Shown piece after piece: positions 7,837 to 17,209 of a stretch of 23,333 nt of DNA. The stretch covers positions 1-23,333 of the forward strand of contig JBIKWN010000036.1 of NCBI GenBank assembly GCA_044356295.1, in the 5' to 3' direction. The stretch comes from Bdellovibrionota bacterium (GTDB lineage Bacteria > Bdellovibrionota_C > UBA2361 > JBIKWN01). The notes below the pieces were generated by a model. That model had not been told where the DNA came from. It worked only from the letters and a program-made list of their open reading frames with translations, and made no database searches. How positions within the stretch are numbered: position 1 is the stretch's first letter; every line of letters begins with the position of its first letter. The position numbers and the translations under genes were made by a program.

Positions 7837-9294
7837 ATGTCGTCCATTAACTTTGCAGGATTAGCGTCCGGAATTGATACAAATGCCCTCATCGATGCGG
7901 CATCTGCTGCTACTCGAAAACAACGGGTTGAACCAAAAACAAAGAAAGTTGAAGAACTTACAGCGACAAACAGCGCTTTTGAAGAACTTAAAACTAGATT
8001 AAAAACCTTGAAATCCCTGGCTGAAGGATTTGGTACTATCAATGGTGGTGGTGTGGCAAAAAGTGCCACTTCTAGTAATGAAACAATCGCTACTGCTTCA
8101 GTTGTAAACGGAGCAACAAATGGGAATTACGATATCTCAGTGAGTGCACTGGCAAAGGCTGCTTCATATTCGTTTAACTATAACTATACAGGAAGCAGCG
8201 ATACTCTTTTTAACGCTGGAGAATCTGGAACGGTACAATTTCAGATCGGAAATTCTAGTACAGAAACTGTGGATGTAACTGTTACAGCGGGAATGACCGT
8301 CGCTGAATTCGTAACTCAATTTAATAATAATAGCGCACGTGCTGAAGCGAGTGTGGTTCAAATCGGATCAGGGCAATACCGAATCTTAATTACAACCAAT
8401 AACACTGGTACTGATGCAGGAGCAATTACCAGCTCAACAGTCAGTGCAAACTCTAGAATTGGAACAACTGTAGGCATTGGAGCTAATCAAGTTACGACTG
8501 ATTCTGCTACCAATGCAACATTCACTATGAATGGGATAGGCCCGTTTACTCGGCAATCAAATAAAATCTCTGATGTTATACCGGGATTAACATTTGAACT
8601 TTTAAGTTCTCCTGGAACCGTAAAACTCTCTGTCGGTGATGATCCTGATGCATCCATTGCAGCATTAAAGAAGTTTATTGATGCTTACAATCAGGTAGTA
8701 CTATACATTGAGGAAAATGATCAGATCTCTCAAGAAAACACTTCAGGTGAGGTGCAAAGTATCTTTGCACCTTTTGCATCGACCCGAACGGACAACTCTG
8801 CGTTAACTACCATACGCGAAACAATGTCTGCAATCCGATATCCTGACGTTATTCCTCCAGGGCAAGAAGGTTTATTTCCTGTTCGAATTCTAGCGGATAT
8901 GGGAATTGAAACTCAGAGAGACGGAACATTGAAATTTAATGAAACGACTTCAACGAGTGGTTTTTCAAGTTTTAGAAACGCACTTTCAAAAGATCCAACT
9001 GCAGTATCAGAGCTAACAAAAGAACTTGGGGATAAATTAGGCTTTACCTATAACGCTGCTGCAGGTACCGGTATTATTGACTCGATTGTAGGTTTCAATC
9101 GTTTATTTGATACAACAGTGAATAGCAATAAAACCCTCATTGAATCTTTGAATAACCAAGTTGCAGATGCAGAAAAATCAATTGCTCAAACTGAAGCAAA
9201 TATGAAAGCGCAATTTGCAAGACTTGAGTCTTTGATGAGTAAATTGCAGCAGCAGCAATCGAGTCTAACGAGTGCACTTTCGGGATTACGATAA
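7837..9294 (+). CDS. fliD: Flagellar filament cap protein FliD (HAP2)
   Basis: N-terminus INFAGLASGIDTNALID; GNYDISVSALAKA; SNKISDVIPGLTFEL; FIDAYN; LADMGIETQRDGTL; C-terminal MKAQFARLESLMSKLQQQQS. Confidence 0.95.
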   Translation: MSSINFAGLASGIDTNALIDAASAATRKQRVEPKTKKVEELTATNSAFEELKTRLKTLKSLAEGFGTINGGGVAKSATSSNETIATASVVNGATNGNYDISVSALAKAASYSFNYNYTGSSDTLFNAGESGTVQFQIGNSSTETVDVTVTAGMTVAEFVTQFNNNSARAEASVVQIGSGQYRILITTNNTGTDAGAITSSTVSANSRIGTTVGIGANQVTTDSATNATFTMNGIGPFTRQSNKISDVIPGLTFELLSSPGTVKLSVGDDPDASIAALKKFIDAYNQVVLYIEENDQISQENTSGEVQSIFAPFASTRTDNSALTTIRETMSAIRYPDVIPPGQEGLFPVRILADMGIETQRDGTLKFNETTSTSGFSSFRNALSKDPTAVSELTKELGDKLGFTYNAAAGTGIIDSIVGFNRLFDTTVNSNKTLIESLNNQVADAEKSIAQTEANMKAQFARLESLMSKLQQQQSSLTSALSGLR

Positions 9295-9430
9295 GCTGTT
9301 TTTGTCAGCTTGAAAATTTTTTAAAAAAGCCGATCTACATACATCTAAAGTTTTGACTTCTTTAAATATTACTCTTCGGTAGAAAGTATTTGAAGACATT
9401 ATTTCTAACGCAAAGGTCGCGTTAAAAAAT

Positions 9431-10591
9431 TTACTCTATAATCTTATTAATCAAATAATTAACAACAGCAAGAACTCGAGGTTTTATAGTAGAAATATAA
9501 ATCATTTCATTCTCCGTATGAGCGCCGATACCGTAAGGACCAAGTGCATCTAACGTTGGAATTCCAAGACTGCCAATAAGATTTGCATCGCTTAATCCAC
9601 CAACTCGGGGAAGTTCTTTAATTTGAAAATCTACCTCTGCTGCTTTTCGAGCAAATATTTCAAGCATCGCATCCGTTTTTGGAACTTTATTCAAAGGAGC
9701 TGTCTTCGTGTCTATAACAATAGATGCGTTTTCATATTGATCAACAATTTTTTGAAGCTGTTCATAAGACTGATCCATATCTTCAATAGTTCCAGCACGA
9801 ATCTCAATCCCAAGCGTTGCTTTTTCTGGTACTATACAAAATTGTTGCCCACCTTGAAGTTGTGAAACATTGACTGTGATATCTTTTTCAAGATTTGTAA
9901 GTGACGCTGCCTTCACAGCAATATCACAGATAGGCACAAGTGCATTACTGCCTTCACTGAAACTATTTCCAGAATGCGCAGCTTTTCCAACAACATTTAC
10001 CCAGCACTCAAGAATCCCCTTTCGTTGAGTAACAATACCACCGTCAACTCTTCCAATTTCAAACACTAAAGCTTCCTGAGCACCTTCTGCAATTTGTTGA
10101 ATTAATTTAGCACTGGTAGGAGTAGAATTTTCTTCACATGAATTAACTATAATTTTCAAAGGAAGGTGATCTAGTTTTTCTAATTTCTTTAAAATATCAA
10201 GAACTAGAAAAATATGAATGAGGCCTCCTTTCATATCAAGGACACCAGGGCCTGACATTTGATCTCCTTGAATTGACCAGTTTTGAAATCGAGACTGCGG
10301 GGGGTGAACTGTATCTGCATGCCCTACTAATAAGATCGGCTCACGATTGGCATTTGTAAGGTCTTTCCCATCGAATGAGTTCTTTGCAACAAGAATATCA
10401 GCACGTTTTGGACATGAAATTCGCTCTGTTCGAAGACCCATCTCCCAAAAGCTATCTTCCAGAATACTTTGAATCTTATGAACCCCTTCTCTATTGGTTG
10501 TATAGCTATTTTGATTGACGAGCTGCTTTAAAAGCTCAAATCGAGCAGGAAATACTTCATCGAAAATAGTTGAAAACAGTTGGGGGGTCAT
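9431..10591 (-). CDS. M20 family metallopeptidase (carboxypeptidase G2/ArgE/DapE-like)
   Basis: Metal-ligand motifs [39 protein letters not shown] and GAHTENE. Confidence 0.9.
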   Translation of the reverse strand: MTPQLFSTIFDEVFPARFELLKQLVNQNSYTTNREGVHKIQSILEDSFWEMGLRTERISCPKRADILVAKNSFDGKDLTNANREPILLVGHADTVHPPQSRFQNWSIQGDQMSGPGVLDMKGGLIHIFLVLDILKKLEKLDHLPLKIIVNSCEENSTPTSAKLIQQIAEGAQEALVFEIGRVDGGIVTQRKGILECWVNVVGKAAHSGNSFSEGSNALVPICDIAVKAASLTNLEKDITVNVSQLQGGQQFCIVPEKATLGIEIRAGTIEDMDQSYEQLQKIVDQYENASIVIDTKTAPLNKVPKTDAMLEIFARKAAEVDFQIKELPRVGGLSDANLIGSLGIPTLDALGPYGIGAHTENEMIYISTIKPRVLAVVNYLINKIIE

Positions 10592-10629
10592 TTTTTATTT
10601 TGTTCCAGTTATATGCGAATATACCCCTT

Positions 10630-11616
10630 ATGACACAGATTTCAACCGATTGGACAGTCGATAAAGCATTAACGATATATGAGCTTCCACTTCCTGATCT
10701 TATCTTTAAAGCACAAACAATTCACCGTGAAACTTTTGATCCGAATGCAGTACAGCGCTCAACCCTACTATCAGTCAAGACTGGTGGATGCCCTGAAAAC
10801 TGTGGTTACTGCCCCCAGAGTGCACACCACGATACTGGAGTTGAAAAACATGGTGTCCTTCCAAAAGATGTAGTTCTTTCAGAAGCACAGAAAGCAAAAG
10901 AAGCAGGCTCTACCCGTTTTTGTATGGGTGCAGCTTGGAGAGAGGTAAAAGATGGTAAAGATTTTGACCATATTATAGACCTCGTATCATCAGTTTCAGA
11001 TATGGGAATGGAAGTTTGTTGCACACTCGGGATGCTGACTGAATCTCAGGCAAAACGTCTTAAAGATGCAGGGTGCCACGCTTATAATCATAATCTTGAT
11101 ACATCCCCTGAATATTACGGCGATATTATTACGACTCGTGTTTATGAAGATCGCCTTCGGACATTAGGAAATGTTCGAAATGCAGGTATTACTGTTTGTT
11201 GCGGAGGTATTGTTGGACTCGGAGAAAAAATTCGAGACCGCCTTGGACTTCTTACTCAACTTGCAACACAAGATCCTCACCCAGAAAGTGTGCCGATTAA
11301 TATGCTCATGCGAATTGAAGGAACACCACTGGCTGATCAACCACCAGTAGATCCAATCGAGTTTGTTCGAATTATCGCAACTGCACGAATTATGATGCCA
11401 AAATCGATGGTAAGACTTTCTGCAGGAAGAACTCAGATGAGTGATGAGATGCAGGCACTGTGTTTTATTGCTGGAGCAAACTCAATTTTTGCTGGAGATA
11501 AACTTTTAACTGCAGATAACCCTGGAGAAGACCACGATAATAGATTGATGCAAAAACTTGGTATGTATTGGTTTGGAGCTTCTGATGCTACCCAAAACGT
11601 CTGCAAAGCGGCTTGA
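10630..11616 (+). CDS. bioB: Biotin synthase (radical SAM)
   Basis: [15 protein letters not shown] (CxxxCxxC), [43 protein letters not shown]. Start moved to ATG 10630 because the TTG 10570 start overlaps the divergent gene. Confidence 0.98.
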   Translation: MTQISTDWTVDKALTIYELPLPDLIFKAQTIHRETFDPNAVQRSTLLSVKTGGCPENCGYCPQSAHHDTGVEKHGVLPKDVVLSEAQKAKEAGSTRFCMGAAWREVKDGKDFDHIIDLVSSVSDMGMEVCCTLGMLTESQAKRLKDAGCHAYNHNLDTSPEYYGDIITTRVYEDRLRTLGNVRNAGITVCCGGIVGLGEKIRDRLGLLTQLATQDPHPESVPINMLMRIEGTPLADQPPVDPIEFVRIIATARIMMPKSMVRLSAGRTQMSDEMQALCFIAGANSIFAGDKLLTADNPGEDHDNRLMQKLGMYWFGASDATQNVCKAA

Positions 11617-12718
11617 AGAAAGAACCTCATTAGGGAACCTTCGTTCGTTATCAATAACGGATGATTCTCTTGTTGATTTTTGCTCGAATGATTATTTAGG
11701 CTTTTCAACATCTGGAGCTATTTCAGCTCGACTTCATGAACATCCTCTTTTTCAAGAAGAAAGAAAATTTGGAAGTACTGGTTCAAGACTGCTTTCAGGA
11801 AATTCCAAATATATCGAATCGCTTGAATCTAAAATTGCCGCAATGCATGGTTTTGAATCAGCATTATTATTTTCCACTGGATACGCTGCGAATGCAGGAG
11901 TTATTCAAGCATTCGCAACTCGTCACGATACCATTATTTATGATGAACTTTCACATGCATCGATTATCGATGGGGCACGAGCTTCAATTGCAAAAAATAT
12001 CCGGAGTTTTCGTCATAATAATATAGAGGACCTTAGAGAAAAAATTAAAAAAGGATCCGGGGATGTTTATGTCGTCACTGAATCCGTCTTTAGTATGGAC
12101 GGTGATTTTGCACCATTGGAAGATATCACCACTGTGTGTGAAGAAGAGAATGCTTTCTGCATCGTTGATGAAGCACATGCACTTGGACTTTTTGGGAAAG
12201 ATGGTAATGGTCGCCTGTATGAACTAGGGTTAGAAAAAAAGGTTTTGGCAAGTATTGTTACTTTTGGAAAAGCACTTGGTGCTCACGGCGCAGCAGTATT
12301 GTGCTCAACCAAAGCGAAAGAATTTTTAATCAATTTCTGTAGACCATTTATTTATTCAACTGCTCCTGATTTTCACCTGCTTGCTGCAATCGATATTGGA
12401 TATGACTTACTTCGAGAGCGCTCAAAAGAAACTTCGCAGCTTTTTTTTCTTGTCCATGAGTTCAGGAACACTGCGAAAAAATATCCACAGTTTAAGACTT
12501 TAGATTCACTGACAGCAATTCAAGGAATTATTCTTGGAACAAATGAAAGAGCTAAAAAAGCATCCGGTATCCTTCGAGATTCAAAAATAAACGTAAAAGC
12601 GATTCTTTCACCAACGGTGGCCGAAGGTTCAGAGCGCCTCAGAATCTGTCTGCATACTTTTAATACTCCACCTGAAATACAAGCAGTTTTTTATGAGCTC
12701 GGAAAAGCAACAATTTAA
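11585..12718 (+). CDS. bioF: 8-amino-7-oxononanoate synthase
   Basis: [51 protein letters not shown] (PLP lysine), PTV...RLRI. GGAG precedes ATG 11585, which overlaps the end of bioB. Confidence 0.95.
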   Translation: MLPKTSAKRLEERTSLGNLRSLSITDDSLVDFCSNDYLGFSTSGAISARLHEHPLFQEERKFGSTGSRLLSGNSKYIESLESKIAAMHGFESALLFSTGYAANAGVIQAFATRHDTIIYDELSHASIIDGARASIAKNIRSFRHNNIEDLREKIKKGSGDVYVVTESVFSMDGDFAPLEDITTVCEEENAFCIVDEAHALGLFGKDGNGRLYELGLEKKVLASIVTFGKALGAHGAAVLCSTKAKEFLINFCRPFIYSTAPDFHLLAAIDIGYDLLRERSKETSQLFFLVHEFRNTAKKYPQFKTLDSLTAIQGIILGTNERAKKASGILRDSKINVKAILSPTVAEGSERLRICLHTFNTPPEIQAVFYELGKATI

Positions 12719-13352
12719 ATTTTTTATTTCCGGTATTGGAACTGACGTCGGCAAAACTGTCGTTAGTACGATTTTAACAACTGCACTAGAAGCAGATTAC
12801 TGGAAACCGATACAATCTGGAGATCTTGATTGTACCGATACAATGAAAGTACAAACACTGGTTACCACAGCCAATCCTAAGCATCGTGGATTTTTTCATA
12901 GCGAAATCTATCAACTAAATTTTCCACTCTCGCCACACATTAGCGCAGAGAAAAGTAATATAAGCATTGATACTACAAAATTTCAGCCCCCCAAAACTAA
13001 CAATCACTTAATCATTGAAGGTGCTGGTGGGCTTCTGGTACCGATCACTCGAAAATTTCTTGTTGCTGATCTGATAAAGCAATTAGAAACTCCTGTCATC
13101 ATTGTTTCTAGACACTATCTTGGAAGTATCAATCACACACTCATGACGATTGAATCACTTCAACACAGAAGATTACCCATAAAAGGGATTATCTTTAATG
13201 GTGAAGAAAATAGTGGCACTGAATCCGTTATTACTGATCTTTATCCATCTATTCCATTCTACCGAATCCCTCATACAGATGAATTATCAGCAAAATTCAT
13301 TTCTCATGAAGCTTCACGTATACTTCCATTTATAAATCAATGTCTCGTATAG
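12693..13352 (+). CDS. bioD: Dethiobiotin synthase
   Basis: P-loop GIGTDVGKT, YWKPIQSG, IIEGAGGLLVP, LGSINHT; overlaps the end of bioF. Confidence 0.96.
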   Translation: MSSEKQQFKFFISGIGTDVGKTVVSTILTTALEADYWKPIQSGDLDCTDTMKVQTLVTTANPKHRGFFHSEIYQLNFPLSPHISAEKSNISIDTTKFQPPKTNNHLIIEGAGGLLVPITRKFLVADLIKQLETPVIIVSRHYLGSINHTLMTIESLQHRRLPIKGIIFNGEENSGTESVITDLYPSIPFYRIPHTDELSAKFISHEASRILPFINQCLV

Positions 13353-14611
13353 CAACACTCGACAAACAGTATATTTGGCACCCATTTGAAATGCCTGAAT
13401 CGCTTCCAGCGATACCGATTACACATGCAAAAGGTGTCCATCTTTACACTGAGGACGGAAGAACAATTATTGATGCAATTTCATCATGGTGGGTTAACTT
13501 ACATGGCCATGCACACCCGAAGATAACTGAAGCGATACAAGCTCAAGCTGAAAAACTTCACCATATTATTTTTGCAGGATTTACCCACGAACCCGCAGCC
13601 CTGTTAGCTGAAAAGCTAATGACAAAACTTCCCGCTAACCAACATAAATTATTCTTCTCTGATAATGGTTCTACAGCAATCGAAATCGCACTTAAAATCT
13701 GTATTCAATACTGGAAGAATCTTGGAGTAAAAAAATCCAAGATTATCGCCTTAGAAAATGGATACCATGGAGATACGTTTGGGGCAATGTCTGCCGGAGA
13801 AAGATCTATTTTTGTTACTCCGTTCAGAGAGTATCTCTTTGAAGTTTGTTTTATTCCTTCACCTGCTCTGAATCCAGACGGGGCAATAAATAAACTCAGA
13901 GAACTTGCTTCTCATAACGATGTAGCTGCATTCATCTTCGAACCACTCGTTCAAGGCGCAGGTGGCATGTTGATGTATGAGCCATCAGTTCTCAATTCAC
14001 TATTAACGATTGCACATGAATTTGATATTCCATGTATTGCAGATGAAGTGATGACTGGGTTTGGAAGAACAGGAAAATGGTTTGCAAGCGATCATTGTGC
14101 TGAAAAACCAGACCTTATATGTCTTTCAAAAGGTTTAACCGGAGGCACCTTACCCCTTGCTATTACAAGTTGTTCTGAAAAAATATTTAAGGCTTTCGAT
14201 TCGACGAGCCGTGATAAAGGTTTTTTTCATGGACATTCTTTTTCAGGAAATCCTCTTGCCTGTGCTGCAGCAGTTGCAAGCTTTGATCTGCTTAATACCA
14301 CTTCCTGTTGGGAGCAGATTGGATTCCTTATAAACCATCAAAAAGCTTTTGGTGAACTCATGAAAAATCATCCAAAAGTAAAAGAGACAAGAAGCTTTGG
14401 TGCTATTTGTGCAATCAATGTAAAGACAAGAGAGAATTCTTCTTACTTAAATCCAGTAAGAGATATCGTCATGAGTAGTTGCTTACAACAAGGAGTGATG
14501 ATTCGTCCACTCGGAGACCTAATCTATATTATCCCCCCCTACTGTATCACTGAATCTGAACTTTTAACTGTCTATGAAGCTGTTACCAAAGCTATCGATC
14601 TTCTTCCTTAA
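13340..14611 (+). CDS. bioA: 7,8-diaminopelargonate aminotransferase
   Basis: IWHPF, DAISSWWVN, SDNGSTAIEIALK, YHGDTFGAMS, EPLVQGAGGM, ADEVMTGFGRTG, LSKGLTGG (PLP lysine), HGHSF, RPLG. Confidence 0.96.
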   Translation: MSRIATLDKQYIWHPFEMPESLPAIPITHAKGVHLYTEDGRTIIDAISSWWVNLHGHAHPKITEAIQAQAEKLHHIIFAGFTHEPAALLAEKLMTKLPANQHKLFFSDNGSTAIEIALKICIQYWKNLGVKKSKIIALENGYHGDTFGAMSAGERSIFVTPFREYLFEVCFIPSPALNPDGAINKLRELASHNDVAAFIFEPLVQGAGGMLMYEPSVLNSLLTIAHEFDIPCIADEVMTGFGRTGKWFASDHCAEKPDLICLSKGLTGGTLPLAITSCSEKIFKAFDSTSRDKGFFHGHSFSGNPLACAAAVASFDLLNTTSCWEQIGFLINHQKAFGELMKNHPKVKETRSFGAICAINVKTRENSSYLNPVRDIVMSSCLQQGVMIRPLGDLIYIIPPYCITESELLTVYEAVTKAIDLLP

Positions 14612-14617
14612 AATTTT

Positions 14618-15787
14618 ATGTCTTCTACTAAAGTATATATCACTAAATTTGGAGGATACTTCGGACAACCAACTCTGTTTCAAGACGGCACCCCTGTTTT
14701 TGCATTTAAAGATGAAACGCACGATGTTATCAATAAAACCCTAGAACTTCTTAGCACGCGCACCCAGCATACAAATTCATTCGATAGAGTAACTAAACTT
14801 GCCTTAGCAAGCACATTAAAAGCATTTGATAATCAACATCTCCCAAACGATTGCACAGTCATTGCAGCCTCTGCGCGTGGAGCAACTGAAACAGTTGAAA
14901 AAGCCGTTCTTTCATTTAGTGAAGAACATAAAGTTAACCCACTAACATCTCCTTTTACCACTGCAGGCGGAATTGCAAGTTCGGTTGCAAGACTTCTTAG
15001 TACTACTCCTGATACTTCTATAAGTATTGGCACCTCAATGGCATGTGCATCTTTTTTTGAAGCACTACTCATTGCTCAAAGTTTTATTGTATCAAAAAAA
15101 TCAAAACGTGTGGTCGTCATTGGAGCAGAAGCGCCGCTGACTGCTTTTACTATTGCACAGATGAAGGCATTAAAGATCTATTCTAAATATCCTTTTAATG
15201 ACTCTCCTTGCCGCCCCTTTGAATGCATATCGGAGCACAAAAACAGCCTTGTTCTTGGCGAAGCTTGTGGAACGTTTCTGATCGAATCAGAAGAAAGCAT
15301 ATCTGAAACAAAAAATATTCCGATAGCAGAACTTTCAGGAATTGGATTCTCACAAGAGCTTTCAAGTACTTTAACAGGAATGAATGATGAAGGTATTGGA
15401 TACCAAACTTCCATGAAGCAAGCTCTTTATGAAGCAAAAATTCAAAGACCTGATTTTATAGTAGCTCATGGTGCAGGAACAATTATTGGTGATAGTGCAG
15501 AAAAAAAATCTCTAGAAACTCTTTTTAATAACGAAGTTCCACCAGTATTTTCAACGAAACATTTAACTGGTCATACATTTGGAGCATCTGCTGCAATCTC
15601 TCTACTATTTGCCTTAGAAGCATTTCAGCAACAAACTCTTCCAAAAAGTCCCTTCGGTGTATTCATGAATGAGAGCTACAAAAATTACTTCGCACTCGCG
15701 CATACGTCTATCTCTTCTTGCATTATTAATGCATCAGGTTTTGGGGGAGTCTCGTTATCAGCGGTTTTGCGCAGCCCACACTCTTAG
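14618..15787 (+). CDS. Beta-ketoacyl-ACP synthase, FabF/FabB (KAS I/II)-type, last gene of the bio operon
   Basis: Catalytic Cys in SMACAS; CRPF; LGEA; His in VAHGAGT; Lys/His in STKHLTGHTFGAS; C-terminal INASGFGG. Starts 6 bp after the bioA stop. Confidence 0.88.
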   Translation: MSSTKVYITKFGGYFGQPTLFQDGTPVFAFKDETHDVINKTLELLSTRTQHTNSFDRVTKLALASTLKAFDNQHLPNDCTVIAASARGATETVEKAVLSFSEEHKVNPLTSPFTTAGGIASSVARLLSTTPDTSISIGTSMACASFFEALLIAQSFIVSKKSKRVVVIGAEAPLTAFTIAQMKALKIYSKYPFNDSPCRPFECISEHKNSLVLGEACGTFLIESEESISETKNIPIAELSGIGFSQELSSTLTGMNDEGIGYQTSMKQALYEAKIQRPDFIVAHGAGTIIGDSAEKKSLETLFNNEVPPVFSTKHLTGHTFGASAAISLLFALEAFQQQTLPKSPFGVFMNESYKNYFALAHTSISSCIINASGFGGVSLSAVLRSPHS

Positions 15788-16747
15788 TGAGTCGGGAATC
15801 TTGCCATTAAAGGCTACAGTCGTACCCTTCTGATTAGGATTTATCTTATGATGGAACGATCTTGGTCCTAACTCATCAAGCTCTATCGCTTTTGCAGCAA
15901 TATCCTGATCAGTTACTTGGCTCCAAGGTTTAGAAAACATCACGTTATTTTCTGGAGCATCAAATTTCGGCAAGTTATACATTGATTGATGGAATTTTGG
16001 CCAAAAATCACGGTAATGCTCAATCTTCCGCTTAAGATTGAGCCAAGAAACATGCAAGACTGATGGAAGAAGTGATAAGGACTCCTCAAAGAAGGGTTTA
16101 AAGACCTCTGGGGGCATTGAAAAACTTGGCACTTCTACTGGAACCAACGATCGAACTGACTCTTTTGTGTCCTTATATATATAGTTACAGGAATCAGACT
16201 CAAAAGGTTTTGGATACACATGCCCCGCTTGATCAAAGACTTGATATTCATTGGGGATACCATGGGTAATACGAGGGTCATTTTTACTGAGACGCTGCTT
16301 CCATGTGAAAAAATCGGCACGAATTCTTTCAAAGCTCCCCCAAAACTCAATCATGGGTAAGTACACAATTGGTGCTTCTTCAAAAAGAGGAGCTAAAAGC
16401 TCAGGAAGTTTACGAATTCTTGCAAAATCATGAGGTGCAACAATTTCATCAGTATCAGTTTGCCAACAGTAATCTGATGTACAGCGAGCGCGGGCCTTAG
16501 CCTTCATATATCCATCCATATAAATCGCCCAGCGAGGATGGGTGAAATCTACAGGACAGACATAAAATGAGATTCTTGAATCTTTACGAGATAACCGATC
16601 AAGCAACTCGAGTGTTCCATCGCTACTGCCCCCATCAACAATTGAGATCTGGTCACTAAAACCTAAAAGACTTTCAATGCACAACTCAAGTGGATACTGA
16701 CGTTCAATACAGTTATAGGTGGTGGTATATGAAGAGATTGAAACCAT
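15758..16747 (-). CDS. Glycosyltransferase family 2 (GT-A fold)
   Basis: N-terminal TTTYN...CIESLL, IVDGGSSDGT and DxD motif QTDTDE. Its 3' end overlaps the ketosynthase 3' end by 30 bp. Confidence 0.85.
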   Translation of the reverse strand: MVSISSYTTTYNCIERQYPLELCIESLLGFSDQISIVDGGSSDGTLELLDRLSRKDSRISFYVCPVDFTHPRWAIYMDGYMKAKARARCTSDYCWQTDTDEIVAPHDFARIRKLPELLAPLFEEAPIVYLPMIEFWGSFERIRADFFTWKQRLSKNDPRITHGIPNEYQVFDQAGHVYPKPFESDSCNYIYKDTKESVRSLVPVEVPSFSMPPEVFKPFFEESLSLLPSVLHVSWLNLKRKIEHYRDFWPKFHQSMYNLPKFDAPENNVMFSKPWSQVTDQDIAAKAIELDELGPRSFHHKINPNQKGTTVAFNGKIPDSLRVWAAQNR

Positions 16748-17152
16748 TTGCAGGAGAATACCGCACTCTATGAAAACAGAAAATTGAGTAAAATGATTAA
16801 ATTGGTGGTTTTCCCTTTAAAACTTCTATTGAAAGGGTCAAATAAGAAGAAATATAGATAAAAATTTATCCAAATAAGAATTATTCATAGAAATTAATAA
16901 ATCGAGTAAAGCTAAAACTTAGTACCTGAACACTTGATAAATACCTGAAATTTGGTATGCGATGATCAAACTTAAGATCCTGGCGCATTTATTTTCTACG
17001 AAAATTTTGGAATTTAATACCAATTCGAGTTTGAAATGCATTTTTGGCTATAGAAAAAACAAGCTCCGTCCGTTCCTAAATCTAAGCAGATTAAGTGTGT
17101 CGTGGTTCCTTCTTTAAGCAGTGTTTGAACCCGAAATACGAAATTATTTAGT

Positions 17153-17206
17153 TGCCTCGAAAATCCAGGGACGGGTAGTCGAGGTAGGTTTTAATTCAAG
17201 GAGGAT
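17153..17206 (+). promoter_or_regulatory. Flagellin 5' UTR hairpin with CsrA/RsmA-type ANGGA sites and a strong RBS
   Basis: Outer stem tgcctcga (17153-17160) / tcgaggta (17179-17186); inner stem atcc/gggt presenting AGGGA (17167-17171) in the loop; further GGA motifs within the SD aaggagga before ATG 17210. Confidence 0.6.
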
Positions 17207-17209
17207 AAC

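Noticed and set aside
14618..15787. Calling the ketosynthase fabF, bioZ or part of a PKS cluster
   Set aside because: It is divergent from housekeeping FabF with no acpP/fabG/fabD context; its triad is Cys-His-His, unlike FabH-type BioZ; no chain-length factor or ACP gene is nearby.
16975..17140. Sigma54 or sigma28 promoter, or c-di-GMP riboswitch, upstream of flagellin
   Set aside because: TGGC sites at about 16981 and 17045 lack GC at the required spacing; CCCGAAAT lacks a -35; the GEMM core (GCAAA...GAAA...GACGCAAAG) is not present.
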